This document shows positions 26,741-35,673 of a stretch of DNA of 64,000 nucleotides, piece by piece. A program made the translations under genes and the position numbers. The notes beneath the pieces were generated by a model. It was not told the origin of the DNA. It did not search any database and was given only the letters and a program-made list of their open reading frames with translations. Within the stretch, counting starts at the first letter, position 1; the number at the start of each line of letters is the position of its first letter. This DNA is from a virus: positions 1 to 64,000 of the IMG/VR virus record IMGVR_UViG_3300025117_000061. One strand, 5' to 3'.

Positions 26741-27034
26741 GTTAGACGGTGGGGAGGTGATTTGATGGCACAAGTCGTTATGGAAATGACAGCCCTCGCG
26801 GTTTATGGCTCCGAGTCGTGCTCGGGATGCGACAAGGCTTTCGAGCGCGGCGAATTGATGAGCGCCGTAGAGGCGCAGGATGGGGCAAAGCTGGGATGGT
26901 TTTGCCGGCAGTGTTTGGCTGACTGGTCTAACCATCAAAATGCAGCGAACCCGCCAGTCGGTGAAGCCGCGGGAATCGGCGATGTCATCGGGACATGTCG
27001 AAGGCGGGATTGCCGGAATATCGAGGCAGGATGA
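26741..27034 (+). mobile_element. Integron-cassette-like unit carrying zinc-finger ORF 26762-27034
   Basis: GTTAGAC at 26741 and its exact complement GTCTAAC at 26926, with attC-like flanks. Confidence 0.5.
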
Positions 27035-27083
27035 GGCGGAGACGATTACCTCATGTAAGATGGAAAATTAAGGGGAGTAGGAT

Positions 27084-27311
27084 ATGAAAATGATTCGGCT
27101 GGATCAAGACACGATAATAGATCCATCGGGAATCAAAGCGATCCGTGCCGTTAAAAGGCAAGATCTTGGTGATATGTTTTTCGGTCCTCGCGTCGTTATC
27201 GATTATGAGGTAGGAGGAAAGAAAAATTATATCGTTTTAGACTTCGACACAATAGAGGAAGCCAGGAATCGGGTAGGGGAGATATGGGAAGAGATGAAGA
27301 TGATGTCTTGA
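27084..27311 (+). CDS. hypothetical protein
   Basis: SD. Confidence 0.6.
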   Translation: MKMIRLDQDTIIDPSGIKAIRAVKRQDLGDMFFGPRVVIDYEVGGKKNYIVLDFDTIEEARNRVGEIWEEMKMMS

Positions 27312-27330
27312 TATGAGAAGGGAACAAGCC

Positions 27331-27693
27331 ATGAGCGAAGACCAGAAGGAATTCAACGCGCCATCGGACGTGGAGCTGGGTCAAATCCGATACAAGTCAA
27401 CAGCGCAGGTCCTTGACCCATCATTCGGGGAGACCTTCGCAACGTGTCCAAGATGTGGCAAGTGGAAACGGGTTGACGATTCAGGGCATTGCAAGGACTG
27501 TCGTACCATCGTTGTGAAAGATCCAGTCCGAGAGGCAGCCATAGACAAGCGCATTCATCAAGTCCAGCAGATCGACGAGATCGTGCGGGACATGACGGAT
27601 AGTATGGACCTGCAAGAGTTGATCGTCCACGGACGGTGGATTTTGAGTAGGAAGATCGGGAATCCTTTGGCGGGAATCATGGGAGGGAAGTGA
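27331..27693 (+). CDS. zinc-finger hypothetical protein
   Basis: CPRC...CKDC. Confidence 0.6.
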   Translation: MSEDQKEFNAPSDVELGQIRYKSTAQVLDPSFGETFATCPRCGKWKRVDDSGHCKDCRTIVVKDPVREAAIDKRIHQVQQIDEIVRDMTDSMDLQELIVHGRWILSRKIGNPLAGIMGGK

Positions 27694-27874
27694 TGGTAAA
27701 ATTTGTGGCTTCGTGGATAGTGGCGATGGTCCTACATGTTGCGTGGACCTACACGACAGATCCGCCAGCATGGGTACAACTTCCTGGATTCGTGGTCATG
27801 ATGGCTTCAGTTCGAGCAATGCTTTGGTGAATACCTGCCACGCCTATTGAAGAAGCGCACCCCGGCAGGTGAAT

Positions 27875-27910
27875 GGCCCCCTTGAGACTGGCTCTTGGGG
27901 GCTTTGCTTT
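27875..27910. terminator. Terminator at convergence of gene blocks
   Basis: GCCCCC...GGGGGC stem plus T-rich tail. Confidence 0.5.
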
Positions 27911-28289
27911 ATTCCTCTGATTCTTCGCAGTCCACACCAAAGAGCGCCTTGGCATAGTCCATCTGCCCACTTACACGTGCCGAGATAGTCTCTCGTCCTG
28001 AGTAGATTGCGGCGGCAAACCGGTGATTTCCATCGGTCAGAAGCCATTGCCGGTGATACCCAACCACGGGGATTCCTACGTCAATCTCTATGGGATCTTC
28101 GGAAGGATTCTCAACGAGATAGGCAACTCTTCCGTCGTGGTCTTCTGTTGCGTGTTCAGCCACAAGTCTTCCATCCCTGAGAGCTTTCCTTACCGATCTC
28201 CGGTTGAATCCCTTTGCTCCCCATGGGTTGGTATGACAAAATGGATTGCAATAGCGCATCAGCCGCTTGACTGGAATTTGTACTGGCAT
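27909..28289 (-). CDS. ParB/Srx-like domain protein
   Basis: PIEID...LLTDGNHRFAAA. Confidence 0.7.
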   Translation of the reverse strand: MPVQIPVKRLMRYCNPFCHTNPWGAKGFNRRSVRKALRDGRLVAEHATEDHDGRVAYLVENPSEDPIEIDVGIPVVGYHRQWLLTDGNHRFAAAIYSGRETISARVSGQMDYAKALFGVDCEESEE

Positions 28290-28348
28290 TCATCCTCTCC
28301 TTTCAAAATCGCCTCCCGGCATGGGTCGGGATGGCTGAAAGCCCGCAG

Positions 28349-28870
28349 TCACGAACTCTCCTTCTTTTTCTTTGCTTCCCTATGGATTTTATTATGTTCG
28401 CCAGGAGATACAATCTTTAGATTTTCCAATGAATTATCCAGCTTGTTTCCATTGATGTGATGTATATATTCGAACGTGTCTAGTCTCCTACCCAAAGATA
28501 TCTCGACCACATGCCGATGTTCGGGTCTCATTCTTTCTAGGTCGGTACTCCACAACTCAACGTATCCACGTTCGTTGATTTCCTTATACGGGTATTCTTT
28601 GTATCCGGAAGGTTCAAGCCTGCCAATCCTAGCCAGTGTTTTTGCTGAAGATACACGGAAGGATTCAATATCTGGGAGCATGTTTTTGATCATATAAAAA
28701 TGCGGGTTGAATATTTCAGGCGTATTAGATCTGCATGGGCGATCATTGATTCCGATGTCAAGTTCTTCGTCTAAGTCTTTAATTATTTTTACTATTTGAG
28801 ATAGTGCATTGTCTATTTTTTTGATAGATGGGGCAAGTTTGGAATGTTTGCGACGGAGCTTTTTCATCAA
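28349..28870 (-). CDS. HNH endonuclease
   Basis: EHRHVVE..LGR..IHHINGNKLDNSLENL...H. Confidence 0.85.
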   Translation of the reverse strand: MMKKLRRKHSKLAPSIKKIDNALSQIVKIIKDLDEELDIGINDRPCRSNTPEIFNPHFYMIKNMLPDIESFRVSSAKTLARIGRLEPSGYKEYPYKEINERGYVELWSTDLERMRPEHRHVVEISLGRRLDTFEYIHHINGNKLDNSLENLKIVSPGEHNKIHREAKKKKESS

Positions 28871-28879
28871 GCATCTCCT

Positions 28880-29005
28880 TCCGACAAAGGATTGTTGGAT
28901 AGTCCGGCTGTTAAATCATGTCGGTGATTTAACGCGCGGGTGGCGACCCCGCTGGCCGGACCAAATAGACACAACCATTTTACACTAACACAGGATTACT
29001 GCAAG
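28880..29005 (-). promoter_or_regulatory. Promoter and multibranch leader of HNH gene
   Basis: TTGCAG-N16-TAAAAT; GTCCGGC/GCCGGAC outer stem; loop CCGACA complementary to TGTCGG beside the SD. Confidence 0.5.
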
Positions 29006-29041
29006 AAAAATCACGTCAATAGGCTCCCTCCTTCTAGTGGT

Positions 29042-29287
29042 TCACTTCACCGTTGTCTTAATCCACCCCTTAGCGCCCATGCATTGATCCCGGAGTTGAA
29101 CCCGCTGGATGATATCAGCGAATGCTCCCCCGTACACGGCCACGGGGAGCATGGCGGCATCGCGTTGACAGGAATATGCATCTTGCTGGAATTCCTGCAT
29201 CGTGGCTCCGGGCTTAACCCATTGGGTTGAGGCGCAGCCGGACAAAAGCAATGTGGCGGCGGTCAGTATTGCTATTTTGGGGTTCAT
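29042..29287 (-). CDS. small lipoprotein
   Basis: LLLSGC lipobox. Confidence 0.75.
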   Translation of the reverse strand: MNPKIAILTAATLLLSGCASTQWVKPGATMQEFQQDAYSCQRDAAMLPVAVYGGAFADIIQRVQLRDQCMGAKGWIKTTVK

Positions 29288-29312
29288 GGTCTTGGTATCC
29301 TCCTTCGTTGGG

Positions 29313-29732
29313 TTAGTCGTCCTCTTCCTCTTCCTCTTCAGGGTCAGTATCAATTGCAATGTGACCGAAGTGGATCACTCCACCCTTCTCGTAGCACTCA
29401 AATGGATCGGGGAAGTTGACGAGCCTTCCTCCATCGAAATCAACGTTCTTTATCCCGACGTCACTTACGAGCATAATTCCGATCATTCCGGCGTCAACAC
29501 CGTAGCTATTTCCCTCTTGGTCGAAGTATTCTCCATCGCCGTAGGATGTCCCGAAGGCTACAACATGGACCATCTTGCGGCCCTTCTTGTAGTGGCCCAG
29601 GTTTCCGTCAAGGAGACCGTTGTCCAATACTTCGCTCCAAAATTCATCAGGAACCTGGTAGCATGGATCGGAGATTATGTATCTACCTGGTGCAAGCGTA
29701 AAGCGTTCGTTCTCGTTGTTGATTATTCGCAT
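29313..29732 (-). CDS. hypothetical phage protein
   Basis: YIISDPCY...T.YGDG.Y...VDAGMIG. Confidence 0.75.
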   Translation of the reverse strand: MRIINNENERFTLAPGRYIISDPCYQVPDEFWSEVLDNGLLDGNLGHYKKGRKMVHVVAFGTSYGDGEYFDQEGNSYGVDAGMIGIMLVSDVGIKNVDFDGGRLVNFPDPFECYEKGGVIHFGHIAIDTDPEEEEEEDD

Positions 29733-29752
29733 CTTTCCCCATTCCTTTCCAA

Positions 29753-29968
29753 TCAAACTGGCACTGTCTCAAGCTTCAGTTCGCGCCAGGTGACCCGCAG
29801 CGCCTCACTCTGAGTCATCCCCTGGACCATGTGGTACGCCGTGTAGCATTGGAGGTCGTGGCTTTCGTTGATCTCGGCGATTCGTCTCATGGCACCTGGG
29901 CCGACGAGACGAACTTGAAGCGACGCGAGGTCCTGGACTATGGAGATTCGGTTAGGGTTGATTGGCAT
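29753..29968 (-). CDS. hypothetical protein
   Basis: SD. Confidence 0.45.
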   Translation of the reverse strand: MPINPNRISIVQDLASLQVRLVGPGAMRRIAEINESHDLQCYTAYHMVQGMTQSEALRVTWRELKLETVPV

Positions 29969-30191
29969 ATTGTGCTCCCTTTGCCAAGACTCTCCACGCG
30001 TGTGTTTCGATGTCAGGATTAAGCCAATCTTTATTTGACGGTAGATCGTCGATGATTGACTTGAGGACAAAGATAGCCTCTGCCAGGGATTCCTTGAGTT
30101 TGATCTCCCGCGCAGTTCTGGCCTCGGTGAATTGAGACCACTCCAGGTAAAGCTTGTCGAGTGTTTCAGTTTGTCGGTTAGAGGTCTTCAT
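29952..30191 (-). CDS. hypothetical protein
   Basis: Coupled ORF. Confidence 0.55.
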   Translation of the reverse strand: MKTSNRQTETLDKLYLEWSQFTEARTAREIKLKESLAEAIFVLKSIIDDLPSNKDWLNPDIETHAWRVLAKGAQYANQP

Positions 30192-30423
30192 AATTCGCCC
30201 CTTTCACGCCCTCTATCGTTCGGTTTCGCGTAATGTCCAGGACGATAGCCAACTCTGCCCCGGACCATCCATCACGGAGGTCCTCCGGGGGCATGTCGGG
30301 ATTGCCGTGGACTTGGGCCATTTTCGCCAACGATTGGCAGCGTTCCCACGGTCTAACATCAGCCTGCCATAGTTGATTGGCGAGAGCTTGTTTCGGAGGT
30401 GTTTCGATCACGAATTGTTGCAT
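30178..30423 (-). CDS. hypothetical protein
   Basis: Coupled ORF. Confidence 0.5.
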   Translation of the reverse strand: MQQFVIETPPKQALANQLWQADVRPWERCQSLAKMAQVHGNPDMPPEDLRDGWSGAELAIVLDITRNRTIEGVKGANYEDL

Positions 30424-30599
30424 GATTTCCCCTTCCCTTTCTTGGTTATGGTCAAAGCAAGTTCCCGGTCAATGAGCATCCTGACCCATGAACCGAACGA
30501 GCGCCCGCCGTCAATTTTGGCCGCGATAGTTGCAGCCTCAGCCTGTGTGACGTCTAACAGGATGGTCTTTTGGACCTTCCCCGGTGGTAATTTTGGCAT
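30408..30599 (-). CDS. possible ribbon-helix-helix protein
   Basis: Beta strand plus two helices (SFGSWVRMLIDREL). Confidence 0.5.
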   Translation of the reverse strand: MPKLPPGKVQKTILLDVTQAEAATIAAKIDGGRSFGSWVRMLIDRELALTITKKGKGKSCNNS

Positions 30600-30630
30600 G
30601 GGTTACTCTCCTTCCCCTTTTCTGTGATCG

Positions 30631-30900
30631 TCAACTCCAACTATCCCGACTCCATCCCATGCCACGACTCTCCACGTTCGCGGCATGGCAAAAAGGCGGG
30701 AATATTAAAAGCACGTTGTTCGTCCGCAGTATTCGCAGACGTAGACATTTGTTTGCCATGTCAGGCGCATTTCTATTGGGGTACTGGATTGTCCCGACAT
30801 TTCCTCCCCCTGTCGTTTGTCTCGGAGTATCCATTTGTGGTTTCCCGTTCCTGGACTCGTTCGATCTGGCGCTTGGATGCATGGAGTATTCACAATTCAT
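30631..30900 (-). CDS. hypothetical protein
   Basis: AAAGGA SD. Confidence 0.4.
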   Translation of the reverse strand: MNCEYSMHPSARSNESRNGKPQMDTPRQTTGGGNVGTIQYPNRNAPDMANKCLRLRILRTNNVLLIFPPFCHAANVESRGMGWSRDSWS

Positions 30901-30939
30901 TCCTTTCCGCCCGCCGAAGCGGGCTTGGTGGGGTGGTTA

Positions 30940-31374
30940 TTACCACTGCGAGTCATGCTCGGCGATAAATTCGGCATCCCGTTTTGTGTCCTCACGCCTC
31001 ATGTACTCGGACAATTCCTTGCGCTCTTTGACAATTCGCCCGTCAAGGCATCGCTCAATCAGGTCTTGGAGCCACACCGTTTTACTCGTAGCTCTCATAT
31101 GGTAATCGTCGCGGTAGTTCGACGGGTCGGTCTCAAACTCGTACTGCGCCAAATCGTCGGGCAGGATTCGGACACCAGCAATCTCGATCCAACTCCCCTG
31201 ATGGCCTACGTTGCCATATCCATGCTCCATGCTCTCCGAGTGTTCATGGAGATCCGTGATGGCTCTCATGAGGTTGCGGGGGCCTATTTTGTAGGTGTAG
31301 TACGTGAGCGTTTTTCCGCCTATGCTGGCGATTCCATAATGGAAACTGGTTTTGATTTGGATTGTCTTTTTCAT
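30940..31374 (-). CDS. hypothetical protein
   Basis: GAGGGAG SD. Confidence 0.65.
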   Translation of the reverse strand: MKKTIQIKTSFHYGIASIGGKTLTYYTYKIGPRNLMRAITDLHEHSESMEHGYGNVGHQGSWIEIAGVRILPDDLAQYEFETDPSNYRDDYHMRATSKTVWLQDLIERCLDGRIVKERKELSEYMRREDTKRDAEFIAEHDSQW

Positions 31375-31402
31375 GGTCGTTCTCCCTCTCTCGGTGGGTG
31401 GG

Positions 31403-31699
31403 TTAATCGGTGACAACGACGCGGGCCACATGCTCATCATCCCAGGGATACCATTCAGGCTCTCGCGGCTCTCCGTCGCTGTCAACGATATCGTCATCAT
31501 CAAACAGGTAGATTTTGAGGCATTGCCGCCCATCGGGGAGCTTTGCGGGCTCTGCCCATTCCTCGGCATATCCTGCGTCGGAGCTGCCATCGAGGACGCG
31601 AGAGGTGGGGTATGCGTTGTCGATGCCCTTAACCGTTGCCGGATTGATTTTACCTACTGCGTGATCGCTGACGTGGTCATAGTGCAGGTTGACGTTCAT
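31403..31699 (-). CDS. acidic hypothetical protein
   Basis: SD plus ACAACCACA leader. Confidence 0.65.
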   Translation of the reverse strand: MNVNLHYDHVSDHAVGKINPATVKGIDNAYPTSRVLDGSSDAGYAEEWAEPAKLPDGRQCLKIYLFDDDDIVDSDGEPREPEWYPWDDEHVARVVVTD

Positions 31700-31799
31700 G
31701 TTTGTCTCCCTCTTGTCTGTGGTTGTCGCTTACTTCGCCTGCCTTCTCCCCGCGCTCCCGGTGTCCAGTCGAGAGCGTAGGGGGAAATCAGGATCTGCG

Positions 31800-32135
31800 T
31801 TATTCTTCTTCTTCGTCGCTCTCATCCAGTTTGGCTGCCTTGGCTTCGGCCATTTTTACGGCGGCGGTCAGGTCAGACGCATAACCATGGATTACCTCGA
31901 TACTGCCAGGAGACGAAAGCTCGGCCACCATCCAGGCCGAAGCTGCATGCATACTCGTATCTCCCTCGGGATAGACGGGATAGACGACAATGTCCACGTC
32001 GCCCAGGTCGTCGCCAGTCTCACCGAAATATCTACCCTGGTACGTGGCAGCGTGGCGGTAGTCGCCCAGCTCGTAGCCGGCTCGGTGGAGGTCGGTAAGC
32101 GTGGTGCAGTTCATGATTTTGTCTAGGTGTTTCAT
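31800..32135 (-). CDS. acidic hypothetical protein
   Basis: SD plus CAACCACA leader. Confidence 0.65.
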   Translation of the reverse strand: MKHLDKIMNCTTLTDLHRAGYELGDYRHAATYQGRYFGETGDDLGDVDIVVYPVYPEGDTSMHAASAWMVAELSSPGSIEVIHGYASDLTAAVKMAEAKAAKLDESDEEEE

Positions 32136-32268
32136 TGTCTTCTCCCTCTCGGTTGTGGTTGCTCTGTGTCTCGTTGTCCGCGTCGCTCTCTCATACTTAC
32201 GACCCAGCCCTGCCCGCGAAGGGTTGGGGGCTCGGCCTCTTAATTAGGAGGGTACGTAGTACGGGCTC

Positions 32269-32580
32269 TTAATATCGTCGCCATTGTCCGTCCTGGTACG
32301 ACTTGGCCCACCGTGGGCGCTTGATCGGCTCTACTTCTCGGCGAATGGATACCGTCTCACCGCCGTTCACTAACTGGATGGGGAAGCGCCGGCCGTTGTC
32401 GTACAACTCATACACCGATCCGCCGAAGCCGCGCACGGTCATCCCTACCCAATCTGGATAGTCAGCCGTTTTACGACCTATCGGCCAGTAATTGCGGTAT
32501 CTCTCGGGCTGGAGAAAGTCCTGTTGCCATTCGTCTACAATACAGAGCTGGCCCTTGTGATCGGCTATTGTGTAGGTCAT
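32269..32580 (-). CDS. hypothetical protein
   Basis: SD plus ACAACCACA leader. Confidence 0.65.
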   Translation of the reverse strand: MTYTIADHKGQLCIVDEWQQDFLQPERYRNYWPIGRKTADYPDWVGMTVRGFGGSVYELYDNGRRFPIQLVNGGETVSIRREVEPIKRPRWAKSYQDGQWRRY

Positions 32581-32681
32581 TGTCCATGCCCTCCCGTGTT
32601 GTTTGTGGTTGTCCTCGCCTCATAGCTTCCATGCTGCCCACCGGCGCCGAAGTTCACGGCATACCGATGGGCAGGAGCAGG

Positions 32682-32879
32682 CTAGGAAACGTGGTTGGCA
32701 GCGCGAACGAGATCCCAAAACTTGTCTTCGGCTTGTCGGAATGTCCCGGTGAAAATATGAAGCCCACCATCAGCCTTAACCGTTCCCATTGTTCCGGACT
32801 GGATCAGACGCACTGTTCGCCTCGCATTGGGGTTTTTCCCGTCGGCCAACATTTTCCCGACTGACACTTGTGTTTCCAT
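32682..32879 (-). CDS. hypothetical protein
   Basis: GGGG SD. Confidence 0.55.
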   Translation of the reverse strand: METQVSVGKMLADGKNPNARRTVRLIQSGTMGTVKADGGLHIFTGTFRQAEDKFWDLVRAANHVS

Positions 32880-32899
32880 GTGGTCCCCTTCCCTGTGGC

Positions 32900-33229
32900 T
32901 TAGGATGCGTTGAACAACGCTAAAAGCTTGTTGTATCTTGGGTTGTCGTGGTGGAACGATTCATGATGATATTTCATATCCCCGTTCATGATTGTGATGA
33001 TGCCATATGTGGAGGAAAGCTCTGCGATATAGGTCCGACCGTCCGATCCATCCACGATACGAGCCTTTGTGACATACGTGAGTTTCTTGACGGCTCCGGT
33101 AGTCTGCCGGGTAGCTCTCTCTCCGCGCTTCGGGTTCTGTTCGATTGCAAACACGGCAGTTACCTTGCGGCTACCGCTCGGCCAATTCTCGATTGTTGCG
33201 CTCATTCTCGGATTCGAATACTCTATCAT
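32900..33229 (-). CDS. hypothetical protein
   Basis: SD. Confidence 0.65.
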   Translation of the reverse strand: MIEYSNPRMSATIENWPSGSRKVTAVFAIEQNPKRGERATRQTTGAVKKLTYVTKARIVDGSDGRTYIAELSSTYGIITIMNGDMKYHHESFHHDNPRYNKLLALFNAS

Positions 33230-33450
33230 GGCGTTTCCCCTTCCTTCTCGGACGTGGTTTTAAGCTCAGTGTCGAAAAAATACAGTCCACCTTGACGCTC
33301 CTGCATATCTGTAAAGTCCAAGTGGGCAGGAACGGAGTCGAACGTGTCCAAATGCACGCAAAAACGGGTTGCTAAAATGCCCACATCGCCTTCGCGTTTT
33401 ACTACCGTTCCCGGTCCATACGGGGTGGTTACTCTGGGTCCTGGGCTCAT
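33226..33450 (-). CDS. SH3/KOW-like small protein
   Basis: RVTTPYGPGTV motif. Confidence 0.55.
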   Translation of the reverse strand: MSPGPRVTTPYGPGTVVKREGDVGILATRFCVHLDTFDSVPAHLDFTDMQERQGGLYFFDTELKTTSEKEGETP

Positions 33451-33506
33451 AGCTTCCCCTTCCTTTGTCTTGCCCCGAACGTTGGCGCGCCTCGGGGGCT
33501 TTCTGG

Positions 33507-33650
33507 TTAACCGTTTATCGCGGCATCCAGGACCTTTCTCATTCCGTCCCAGAGTTTCAGGTAAAATTCTTGCGAGCTGCGTTTCGGGAAGAGGCCCAAT
33601 CTAACAGCCTCTTTCATGGCTCTCTCTACCATTTCTTGCGTTACTTCCAT
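33507..33650 (-). CDS. small hypothetical protein (47 aa)
   Basis: MEVTQEMVERAMKEA...; SD plus ACAACCACA leader. Confidence 0.55.
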   Translation of the reverse strand: MEVTQEMVERAMKEAVRLGLFPKRSSQEFYLKLWDGMRKVLDAAING

Positions 33651-33748
33651 TTTATCCCCTCTTCTCTTTGTGGTTGTCGTTGCCCTTGCCCTTGTCCCTG
33701 TCTTCGCACTAGCCCACCACCATGCTTCGGTGATGGGCAGGCGTGAAA

Positions 33749-33955
33749 TTAGGAAGGTTCGTGGCCAGCGGCTCTTAGATTTTTGACCGCCTCATATCCG
33801 TTCTTTCCCCAAGGACGGCCTCCGAGCTTATTCATTTTGATTTCTTCTTGCGTGAGAACAACTGGCGGACCTCCGGTCTCAATCGGTGAGCGCCATTGTC
33901 CGTGTGAATAGCGTAATCCCATTGCCTTTAGCGTTTTTGCGTAGTTTTCAATCAT
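33749..33955 (-). CDS. hypothetical protein
   Basis: AAGGAG SD plus CAACCACA leader. Confidence 0.55.
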   Translation of the reverse strand: MIENYAKTLKAMGLRYSHGQWRSPIETGGPPVVLTQEEIKMNKLGGRPWGKNGYEAVKNLRAAGHEPS

Positions 33956-34242
33956 TGTCCCTCTCCTTTGTGGTTGGTAGTGGTGGGTGTTGCCGATCAT
34001 CCTTCGGTGCATGCCATGATAGATGATTTGTTCGGGCTTGTTCATGGCATCCACGAAAGGATGAGTCAAATATCTCTTTCGTTCGGGCTTGTACTCTTGA
34101 CCACTGAGGGCTTGCTTTTGTGTTCACCCGGTCGGCCATGCTGCTAAGCTCTGAAGTCTACCCGCTGATTCGCCGCTTTCTCGGTTTTGGGAGAGGCTTG
34201 TTTTCGCGTCCCGTTTTTGCTTTTCCTCCGTCGTTAGGTAGG

Positions 34243-34280
34243 AAGATAGCACCCCAAAAAACCAATGTCAACATTTTTTT
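34243..34280 (-). promoter_or_regulatory. Sigma70-type promoter for the leftward block
   Basis: TTGACA-N17-TATCTT with upstream A-tract. Confidence 0.65.
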
Positions 34281-34482
34281 GGAGGTTTTTGGGGTTGAAA
34301 GTGGGTATTCGAGTGGGTAGGGTTGTGGGTGCTCTGCTTGGATTGGCTTTGGGGGATGATTTGTGAGGATAAAATACCTTCAAGCTTGCCATTTACCCGA
34401 TTCGTACTGTATCTTGTAAGTGAAAATGAACAATATTCTCCACTTTTTTGACCGTCCTCTAACGCAAAAATGGGAGCCAGCC

Positions 34483-35094
34483 ATGGGAATTATGGGAAGA
34501 CCACCACTCGAAAATACCGTGCAGATCGCGGAAATGACGGCTGCCGGTTACTCTCAAAGGGCCATCGCCGCCGAATTGGGGTGTTCCGCGCCTACGGTCA
34601 ACTACAAGCTCAAAAAGGCCGAAGTCAAGGCCTTGGTCGAACGCATGGGGCAAGAACTTATCACCAGGTCCGCCGGGTTGCTTGTTGAGAATCACGTCCT
34701 CGCCCTCCAGAAAGCCCATAAGATCCAAGCCAGGCTCGCCAACTCTGAGTCCGAAGAGATCGAAACCGGGGGCGAAGACGACGAGACAGAAGCAGGCAAG
34801 CAAGCTGCCAAACCCAAGAGACACAGGAAGATCCGCTCCGAAGAGTTGTCGGATTCCGAGAAGGTCATTCTGGCTCTCGCCGACAAAAAAGAGTACCGGC
34901 TTGGACAGATGATGGGGATCTTCCCCTCTCACGCACCTTCCGTATTGGTCCAGAACATATTCCAGGCCGGGAGTGCGGCGGTTCTCCTGCCCAACGTGGC
35001 CGCAGCTCTGGGTCAAGCCGGTATCCAATTCCAGGCGGAACCGGAGCTTCCAGACGAAGACGAGGACGGAGTGATTGACGTTGGGGACGATTGA
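34483..35094 (+). CDS. probable terminase small subunit (HTH)
   Basis: MGRPP..., YSQRAIAAELGCSAPTVNYKL HTH, helical middle, acidic VIDV tail; TTGCCA promoter upstream. Confidence 0.55.
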   Translation: MGIMGRPPLENTVQIAEMTAAGYSQRAIAAELGCSAPTVNYKLKKAEVKALVERMGQELITRSAGLLVENHVLALQKAHKIQARLANSESEEIETGGEDDETEAGKQAAKPKRHRKIRSEELSDSEKVILALADKKEYRLGQMMGIFPSHAPSVLVQNIFQAGSAAVLLPNVAAALGQAGIQFQAEPELPDEDEDGVIDVGDD

Positions 35095-35188
35095 GGCATC
35101 GTACACTTACGGCGGATATGATGCATAGTTGTTATATTGTCGATATGTGTGTGAAAGGTTTAGAATATTCTAAATTGAAAGACTTCCA

Positions 35189-35216
35189 GGTTTACATAAT
35201 GCATGTTATCGGAAGT
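35189..35216 (-). other. dif-like XerC/XerD recombination site
   Basis: Minus strand ACTTCCGATAA-CATGCA-TTATGTAAACC (11-6-11). Confidence 0.75.
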
Positions 35217-35441
35217 TACTGAAATCCCGATTTATGCTCCCGACCTCGACTCCATCCTTAAGTGATACCGGGTATCCACCATCCCCGCCGGGTAGAGGAC
35301 TAGCCCCATGGGGTAGGGCAGAGACCCATGGGGATGCATGGGGGTGGATGGAGCGGGACGGGCTGGCTCACCTCCGGCACCCTAATCGCCTTCTCATAAA
35401 CACACGCTCACACCCACACACAGACAGAGACTCTTAGATCC

Positions 35442-35660
35442 CTACACCGATACGCTCCCAAAGACTCCTTGAAGGTAATTCAGTAATTCTCCGGCTTTTT
35501 TTACGCAAAGCGGCATAAGGCAGAATGCGGCATGGCTTTGGTGTGTGTCCCCGATGAAGATGCTCCTTCCGAATGGATCTTTAAACGTCAAGTCAATTTG
35601 GTAGTACAAATCACTCCCGGGCTCGATGGTTTTGCCACAAGATCTACACGTTCTAGTCAT
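35442..35660 (-). CDS. zinc-binding hypothetical protein
   Basis: CRSCG...FC...C. Confidence 0.55.
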   Translation of the reverse strand: MTRTCRSCGKTIEPGSDLYYQIDLTFKDPFGRSIFIGDTHQSHAAFCLMPLCVKKAGELLNYLQGVFGSVSV

Positions 35661-35673
35661 GGTTTCGCTCCTT

